This document shows positions 26,827 through 32,000 of a DNA stretch of 32,000 nucleotides, in pieces. A program made the translations under genes and the position numbers. This DNA is from Acinetobacter wanghuae (GTDB lineage: Bacteria > Pseudomonadota > Gammaproteobacteria > Pseudomonadales > Moraxellaceae): the NCBI RefSeq assembly GCF_009557235.1, contig NZ_CP045650.1, positions 690,001 through 722,000 on the forward strand, given 5' to 3'. Each line of letters opens with the position of its first letter. Position 1 is the stretch's first letter. The notes under the pieces were generated by a model. The model ran no database searches. It was not told the DNA's origin and worked only from the letters and a program-made list of their open reading frames with translations.

Positions 26827-29703
26827 ATGACAGCACAAAGTGAACAACAACTTGAAAATGAACTCATAGCACAACTAGAAAGCTTAGGGTTTAGCAGAGT
26901 CATTATTAAGGATGAAGTTCAGCTATTGGCTAATCTCAAATCCCAACTTGAAAAAGCGAATAGACTCTCACCACTTTCTGACACTGAGTGGAAACAAGTC
27001 ATTAGCTTCCTAAATAACGGCACAGTATTTGAACGTGCTAAAAAGCTTCGTGATCAATTTCCTATTAAATTTGATGATGGCACAAGCAAGCATATTTATT
27101 TCTTATCGGATGATCCAAATAAGAACAGTTATCAAGTCACCAATCAAATTACTGTAGACCATCGTGACCATAATGGTCGTACCAGTCGCTTTGATGTCAC
27201 GCTCTTGGTCAATGGCTTGCCAGTCGTACAAATCGAGCTGAAAAAGCGAGGCATGGAGATTGCTGAAGCATTTAATCAGACTCAAAGATATACCAGAGAA
27301 GCCTATTGGGCAGGACAGGGCTTATTCCGCTTTATTCAGCTTTTTATCATCAGCAACGGCGCAAATACTCGCTACTATTCGAATGGCACAAAACACATTG
27401 ATTTCACCTTCCCATGGGCGGATATCAAGAACCAACATATCAATGAAGTGGTCGACTTTGCTGACGTATTTCTAAATAAACAGCATCTCACCAAAATGCT
27501 GACACAGTTTATGGTGATCCATGAGACTTCAAAAGAACTCATGGTTTTACGTCCATATCAAATTTACGCCGTAGAGAAGATTGTAGAGCAGGTTAGAAAT
27601 ACCAAGCAGAATGGCTATATTTGGCATACGACTGGTTCAGGTAAAACGCTGACTTCATTTAAAGCCAGTCAAATCATCATGCAGATGCCTGATGTCGAGA
27701 AAGTTCTATTTGTCGTAGACCGTAATGATTTAGACACGCAAACCGCAAGAGAATTTAATGCCTTTAAAGCCGAAAGTGTAGATAGCACCGATAATACCTC
27801 TACCTTAGTGAATCAGCTCGATCAGCGTCACGATAAGCTCATTGTGACTACGATTCAAAAGCTGAATAAGGCAATTAGTACAGACCGCTACTTGGAATAT
27901 ATTGATTACCTGAAAGAGAAAAAAGTCGTTTTTATTTTTGATGAATGCCATCGTAGTCAGTTTGGTGAAACCCATCAGAACATTAAAAAATTCTTTAAAA
28001 ATGCTCAGATGTTTGGCTTCACAGGAACACCAATCTTTGAAGAAAATAGCTTATCGAAAGCAGGCTTAAAACTCACAACAGACTACTTGTTTAATGAGTG
28101 CCTACATAAGTATGTGATTGTTGATGCGATTCGTGACCGTAACGTGTTGCAGTTCCAGATTGATTATCGTGGCAAGTACACGGCGAAAGGTATGCAGACC
28201 AATGATCAATACGATGAAGATGTAGAAGGTATTGATACCAAAGAGCTGTATGACAATCCTCAACGCTTGGAAATGATTGCTCGTTATATCGTGAATACAC
28301 ACGACAAGAAAACCAAAGATCGTGAATTTACGGCAATGTTCTGTGTCAGCTCCGTAGATACTTTGACTCAATACTATGAGTTATTTGAAAAAGTCCAAGC
28401 TGAAAAGAAAATTGAGGATGAAGAGCAAGGTCGATTATTTAAGCCTTTAACCATTGCAACGATCTTTTCATATTCAGCCAATGAAGCTGTACCTGTAGAG
28501 GGGCAGAATGGGCTGATTGATGAAGAGAGTGCTGATATCCCATCACAGGTGAATCAATCGAGCAGAGACAAGCTAGATCGCTATATCAGTCAGTACAATG
28601 AGCATTTTGGCACAAACTTTAACTCTGGTGATCGTTTCTATGCGTATTACCGTGATATTGCTGACCGAGTGAAGAAAAAGCAGATTGATATTTTGCTTGT
28701 AGTTAATATGTTCTTAACAGGCTTTGACTCAAAACCGTTGAATACGCTGTATGTAGACAAGAACCTTAAATACCATGGGCTGATTCAGGCTTTTTCACGT
28801 ACCAATCGAGTATTCAATGATAAGAAACCTTTTGGCAATATCGTGTGTTTCCGTAATCTAAAACGAGCAACGGATGAAGCATTGGCACTTTTTTCAAATA
28901 AAGATGCCAAGAAAATTGTCCTTGTGCCGAGCTTTGATGAAATCAAAAATGATTATGAGAATGCTGTCGCTAAGCTATTGGCTTTGACACCAGACTATAA
29001 GTCGGTTGATACGCTGATCACAGAAGAAGCTCAATTAGAGTTTATTAAGGCATTCCGTGAGGTAATGCGTTACAACGCTCAGCTACAGACTTTTGTGGAT
29101 TATGACCAAGATGTTACGGCGTTAGATAAACAGCATTTTGCAAATTTTGCATCCAAGTATAGTGATCTATGCCGTGAGGTGAGAAAGACCACCAAAAAAG
29201 AAAAAGTCTCTGTATTAGATGATGTCGATTTCCAACTTGATTTATTGCACAGTGATCGTATCAATGTGGGCTATATCCTGAATCTGCTCCAGATGATGGT
29301 CAATGCTGATACGGATGAAAAACGTCAGAAGTATAAAGCTCAAATCCATGATCTTATTGGTGGGGACGTAACTCTACATGACAAGCAAGAACTGATTAAT
29401 AAGTTCATCGAGGAAAACATGCCAAAAATGCTCAATGGGCAAAGTGTCAAAGATGCCTTTGCAGAGTATTGGGATGTGCAGAAGGAACAGGCATACCAGC
29501 ATTTGTGTGAACAAGAAAATCTAAAGCCTGAAGTAATGAAAACAGTTTTGGATAATTATGAGTTCACTAAGCGTTTACCGAGAAAAGAAGAACTTAAAGA
29601 CTTGCCAAACTTTAAAGTGAAGCTGTTTGAACGTGAAAATGTCTTTAACCAACTGTGGGATAAGACAAGAAAGTTTATTCAGACTTTTTATACGGGGCTT
29701 TGA
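26827..29703 (+). CDS. hsdR: Type I restriction enzyme R subunit HsdR
   Basis: 958 aa. The N-terminal nuclease motif is RFDVTLLVNGLPVVQIELKKRG. Helicase motif I is TTGSGKT (about 27634-27648) and motif II is DECH (27940-27951). FTGTP and QAFSRTNR are also present. It has its own RBS (GAGGG) and an AT-rich upstream region. Confidence 0.93.
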   Translation: MTAQSEQQLENELIAQLESLGFSRVIIKDEVQLLANLKSQLEKANRLSPLSDTEWKQVISFLNNGTVFERAKKLRDQFPIKFDDGTSKHIYFLSDDPNKNSYQVTNQITVDHRDHNGRTSRFDVTLLVNGLPVVQIELKKRGMEIAEAFNQTQRYTREAYWAGQGLFRFIQLFIISNGANTRYYSNGTKHIDFTFPWADIKNQHINEVVDFADVFLNKQHLTKMLTQFMVIHETSKELMVLRPYQIYAVEKIVEQVRNTKQNGYIWHTTGSGKTLTSFKASQIIMQMPDVEKVLFVVDRNDLDTQTAREFNAFKAESVDSTDNTSTLVNQLDQRHDKLIVTTIQKLNKAISTDRYLEYIDYLKEKKVVFIFDECHRSQFGETHQNIKKFFKNAQMFGFTGTPIFEENSLSKAGLKLTTDYLFNECLHKYVIVDAIRDRNVLQFQIDYRGKYTAKGMQTNDQYDEDVEGIDTKELYDNPQRLEMIARYIVNTHDKKTKDREFTAMFCVSSVDTLTQYYELFEKVQAEKKIEDEEQGRLFKPLTIATIFSYSANEAVPVEGQNGLIDEESADIPSQVNQSSRDKLDRYISQYNEHFGTNFNSGDRFYAYYRDIADRVKKKQIDILLVVNMFLTGFDSKPLNTLYVDKNLKYHGLIQAFSRTNRVFNDKKPFGNIVCFRNLKRATDEALALFSNKDAKKIVLVPSFDEIKNDYENAVAKLLALTPDYKSVDTLITEEAQLEFIKAFREVMRYNAQLQTFVDYDQDVTALDKQHFANFASKYSDLCREVRKTTKKEKVSVLDDVDFQLDLLHSDRINVGYILNLLQMMVNADTDEKRQKYKAQIHDLIGGDVTLHDKQELINKFIEENMPKMLNGQSVKDAFAEYWDVQKEQAYQHLCEQENLKPEVMKTVLDNYEFTKRLPRKEELKDLPNFKVKLFERENVFNQLWDKTRKFIQTFYTGL

Positions 29704-29730
29704 ATTAAAGGAGCTTAGGGAAGATTGATT

Positions 29731-29751
29731 TGTACACTGGTTTGTACATTG
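29731..29751 (+). repeat. Right-end copy of the 21-bp TGTACACTG-N3-TGTACATTG repeat
   Basis: TGTACACTGGTTTGTACATTG here versus TGTACACTGTCATGTACATTG at 13923-13943. They share orientation and match at 18 of 21 positions. Confidence 0.5.
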
Positions 29752-29800
29752 GCTTTTTTAAGTAAATTAATATTTATATATTTCAATTATTTAGGTATTT

Positions 29801-29826
29801 AGTTCAATTGACGCCATCGCCATTGG
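29801..29826 (+). other. Degenerate copy of the ssrA 3' end. Candidate attR or displaced ancestral ssrA terminus.
   Basis: AGTTCAATTGACGCCATCGCCATTGG aligned to GGTTCAACTCCCGCCATCTCCACCAA (13772-13797) shares the blocks GTTCAA, CGCCATC and CCA. By my hand alignment about 17-18 of 26 positions match. The match is weak on its own. Confidence 0.3.
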
Positions 29827-29992
29827 CTTCTAATACATCAATTCCCTAAATTCATTTATTAAAAGAAAAAAGTAAGTTGTCTTAAGTCAAGATGTATTTT
29901 TGGTTCACCAAGACTATTCTTCGATAATGTAATCATTAAAGTTTATTATATAATTACAATAATCTATGAAAATTAAAATTATATTTTTTTAA

Positions 29993-30553
29993 ATGACACT
30001 GGGGGCATTGATGTCAATTGCAAAGCAAGAAATTGTTAGCCTATATAACGAAGTAAAAGATAGTGTGAATCATGCAATCAATGATATTAGTTCAATATCT
30101 TTATCAAGTGAGGAGGAGCAGAAACATATCTTACAAATCAAAGATAAATTAAGTGAAATTAGTCAAAGCTTCAATAAAGAGATTGATAGTCTAGAAAAGA
30201 ACTCAGAATGGGAAAAATTTACTATTGCCTTTTTTGGGGAGACAAATGCTGGAAAAAGTACGATCATTGAGTCCTTGAGGATTATTTTTAAAGAAAAAGA
30301 ACGCCAAAAACACATTGAAAATGGTCAAGCTTCATTAGATGAGTTGGAAAAAACGTTTTCTGAAAATTCGGGTGCTTTAATTGCAGACTTGAATACAAGT
30401 CTGCAAAATTATACGAATGAAATACGAAATATTGAAAGACAAATTACCTTAATCAAAAAAGAAAGTAATTCTTCATTTAATAATAAGATATTTGCTGCAG
30501 CTGGGATATTCTTGGGAATCATCCTAACACTGATCTATCAGGCAGTGATTTAG
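29993..30553 (+). CDS. Small coiled-coil protein with a GTPase P-loop (G1) and a C-terminal TM anchor
   Basis: 186 aa. The likely start is ATG 30011, preceded by GGGGG. The P-loop is FTIAFFGETNAGKSTIIESL (30236-30259), followed by a coiled-coil-like stretch and then IFAAAGIFLGIILTLIYQAVI. No DxxG or NKxD motif follows the P-loop. Confidence 0.6.
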   Translation: MTLGALMSIAKQEIVSLYNEVKDSVNHAINDISSISLSSEEEQKHILQIKDKLSEISQSFNKEIDSLEKNSEWEKFTIAFFGETNAGKSTIIESLRIIFKEKERQKHIENGQASLDELEKTFSENSGALIADLNTSLQNYTNEIRNIERQITLIKKESNSSFNNKIFAAAGIFLGIILTLIYQAVI

Positions 30554-30563
30554 GAGAAATAAG

Positions 30564-32000
30564 ATGACAAATCTGAATAATGATAGATGGTTCTATTTAG
30601 ATAAAAAACATGAAACTTTAGGTAATTTTAATTCACAACAATTATTAGAGTTATATCAAAGAAAAATTCTTACAAATCGCAGTTATGTTTGGAAAGAAGG
30701 TTTTGAAGACTGGAAAAGATTTAAAGATGTACGCCCATCAATTCAGAATCAAGAATTAAAGATTATAGAACAACAGGTTCAAATTGAATCAGTAACTAAA
30801 GAAAGTGATTTAAATAGTTCTAAATTAAGCAATTCTAAAATTGTGGAAAAGCAAGAATTAAATAATATCGATTATACAGCTCCATATCGCGTGAATTGGA
30901 TATCTGAAAATCATAAACAGAATGTAACAAGTTTGACACAGCAAATCGCTGAAAGTTTAGCTTTACAAAAGAGGTTAGAAAGTTTTCGATTATCACCAAA
31001 TAAACCAGATGGGTTGATTATAGGTACTGGTGAAGCTGACTTTACCAAGGATAACGTTCCTTATGAGTTTACTTATCAAAATAAAACATTCCAGTTGATT
31101 GATGTTCCTGGTATTGAAGGAAATGAAGGACGGTATGAGCAGTTTGTAAAAGAAGCAGTAGAAAAAGCTCATTTAGTAATTTATGTAAACGGGACTAATA
31201 AGAAGCCTGAAGAACTTACTGCTCGTAAAATCAAAAGTTATCTGAATCAATATGCAAAAATATATGCAGTTTGTAATTTGCGTGGTAAAGCCGATAAATA
31301 TGATTCAGAAATAGATGAACTAGTTTCATTAAAACATAGCCATAAAGAAATGGATGATGTTTACAATCAGACTTTAATTGTATTAAATCAAGCTGTAGGA
31401 GCCGATTTGATAGACGGAGGTACGTGTGTTCAGGGCTTAATGGCATTCTCTTCATTAGCTTACGATCAGAGTGAAGAAGAAACTACAATTTCATCTAGTC
31501 GTAAAGATTTAATTGCAACACAAAAGTCATTTATGCGTGACTTTCCTTCATTAGAAAAAATGAAAGAATTTAGTCAAATAGATGAGTTAGAGCAAAAAAT
31601 AATTTCAAAATTTTCTACGTTTGAAGAGGATATTATTGAAAGTAATAAAAATAAAATCGTTAGAAAAATAGAACAAATTAAAGCTGTTATTCAAGAACAA
31701 CTAAACGATCATCTGAAATTGCAAACAAAGATTAAGAAGGAGCTTGACGTTGGTCGAGATTCAATTAATCGAGCTTTAAACGATTTTGAAAGTAAGTTAT
31801 CGAATAAATCTAATAATGCAGTGAGTTCGGCTTTTATTAATATTGCAGATGAAGGATGTTTGATAATTGAAAAATACTTTGGTAACCAAGAACAAATATC
31901 TTCAAATATTGAAGATATAGTAGATTATGCAACTCACAATCTTTTCAAAGAATTAGAGAAAATTAAGACAGAAGAAAGTCAGTATTTTCAAGATAATCTA
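30564..32000 (+). CDS. GYF-like N-domain protein carrying G3 (DVPG) and G4-like GTPase motifs but no P-loop. Dynamin-like/helical C-terminal part. Runs off the window.
   Basis: It is not in the ORF track because there is no stop in the window. AGGAG at 30552-30556 precedes ATG 30564. I read 479 open codons to position 32000. The sequence includes RWFYLDKKHETLGNFNSQQLLELYQRKILTNRSYVWKEGFEDWKRFKDV (GYF_2-like), IIGTGEADFTKD, FQLIDVPGIEGNEG (31101-31112 is DVPG) and CNLRGKAD. Confidence 0.65.
   Translation, partial: MTNLNNDRWFYLDKKHETLGNFNSQQLLELYQRKILTNRSYVWKEGFEDWKRFKDVRPSIQNQELKIIEQQVQIESVTKESDLNSSKLSNSKIVEKQELNNIDYTAPYRVNWISENHKQNVTSLTQQIAESLALQKRLESFRLSPNKPDGLIIGTGEADFTKDNVPYEFTYQNKTFQLIDVPGIEGNEGRYEQFVKEAVEKAHLVIYVNGTNKKPEELTARKIKSYLNQYAKIYAVCNLRGKADKYDSEIDELVSLKHSHKEMDDVYNQTLIVLNQAVGADLIDGGTCVQGLMAFSSLAYDQSEEETTISSSRKDLIATQKSFMRDFPSLEKMKEFSQIDELEQKIISKFSTFEEDIIESNKNKIVRKIEQIKAVIQEQLNDHLKLQTKIKKELDVGRDSINRALNDFESKLSNKSNNAVSSAFINIADEGCLIIEKYFGNQEQISSNIEDIVDYATHNLFKELEKIKTEESQYFQDNL

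Larger units (their letters stand above)
13797..29826 (+). mobile_element. ssrA-integrated genomic island (P4-like/PICI-like integrative replicative element) carrying a type I R-M locus with nested genes
   Basis: It starts at the ssrA 3' end. It encodes a P4-type tyrosine integrase, AlpA, Rha, a DUF927 primase/helicase and an iteron field. It is visibly more AT-rich than the flanking core genes. Matching 21-bp repeats lie near both ends (13923-13943 and 29731-29751), and a degenerate ssrA 3'-end copy lies at 29801-29826. The right boundary is tentative. Confidence 0.6.

Overview
The window looks like an Acinetobacter-like (Moraxellaceae) chromosome segment. This is inferred from the recognisable PilT, HemB and GlpK sequences and the tmRNA tag ANDESYALAA. 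Positions 1-13.4 kb are housekeeping genes: pilT (partial), yggS, sbcC, sbcD (frameshifted), a membrane protein, hemB, a hotdog thioesterase, an emrA/emrB-type efflux pair and glpK. The tmRNA gene ssrA sits at 13438-13796. Directly 3' of ssrA lies a roughly 16 kb integrative island (about 13797-29826). It carries a P4-type integrase, an AT-rich orphan ORF, AlpA-like and Rha-like regulators, a DUF927-type primase/helicase, a symmetric GGCAAC/GTTGCC iteron field (putative ori) and a zinc-ribbon ORF. Its cargo is a type I R-M locus (hsdM, hsdS, hsdR). hsdM is frameshifted in an A7 run. Wedged between hsdS and hsdR are passenger genes: a PUA/EVE-like-HNH protein, a PD-(D/E)XK-type protein, a 4-TM protein, and an opposed and possibly fragmented small membrane gene. 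This passenger cassette is my best candidate for an undescribed defence module. Near-identical 21-bp TGTACACTG-N3-TGTACATTG repeats mark both island ends, and a degenerate copy of the ssrA 3' end follows at 29801-29826. To the right, an AT-rich segment encodes a two-gene GTPase module. The P-loop (G1) is on a small membrane-anchored protein, while the G3 and G4-like motifs are on the next protein, which has a GYF-like N-terminus and runs off the window. No CRISPR array, rRNA or tRNA was seen. The two clearest frameshifts (sbcD, hsdM) are both +1 events in A/T homopolymers, so sequencing error must be excluded before any biological reading.
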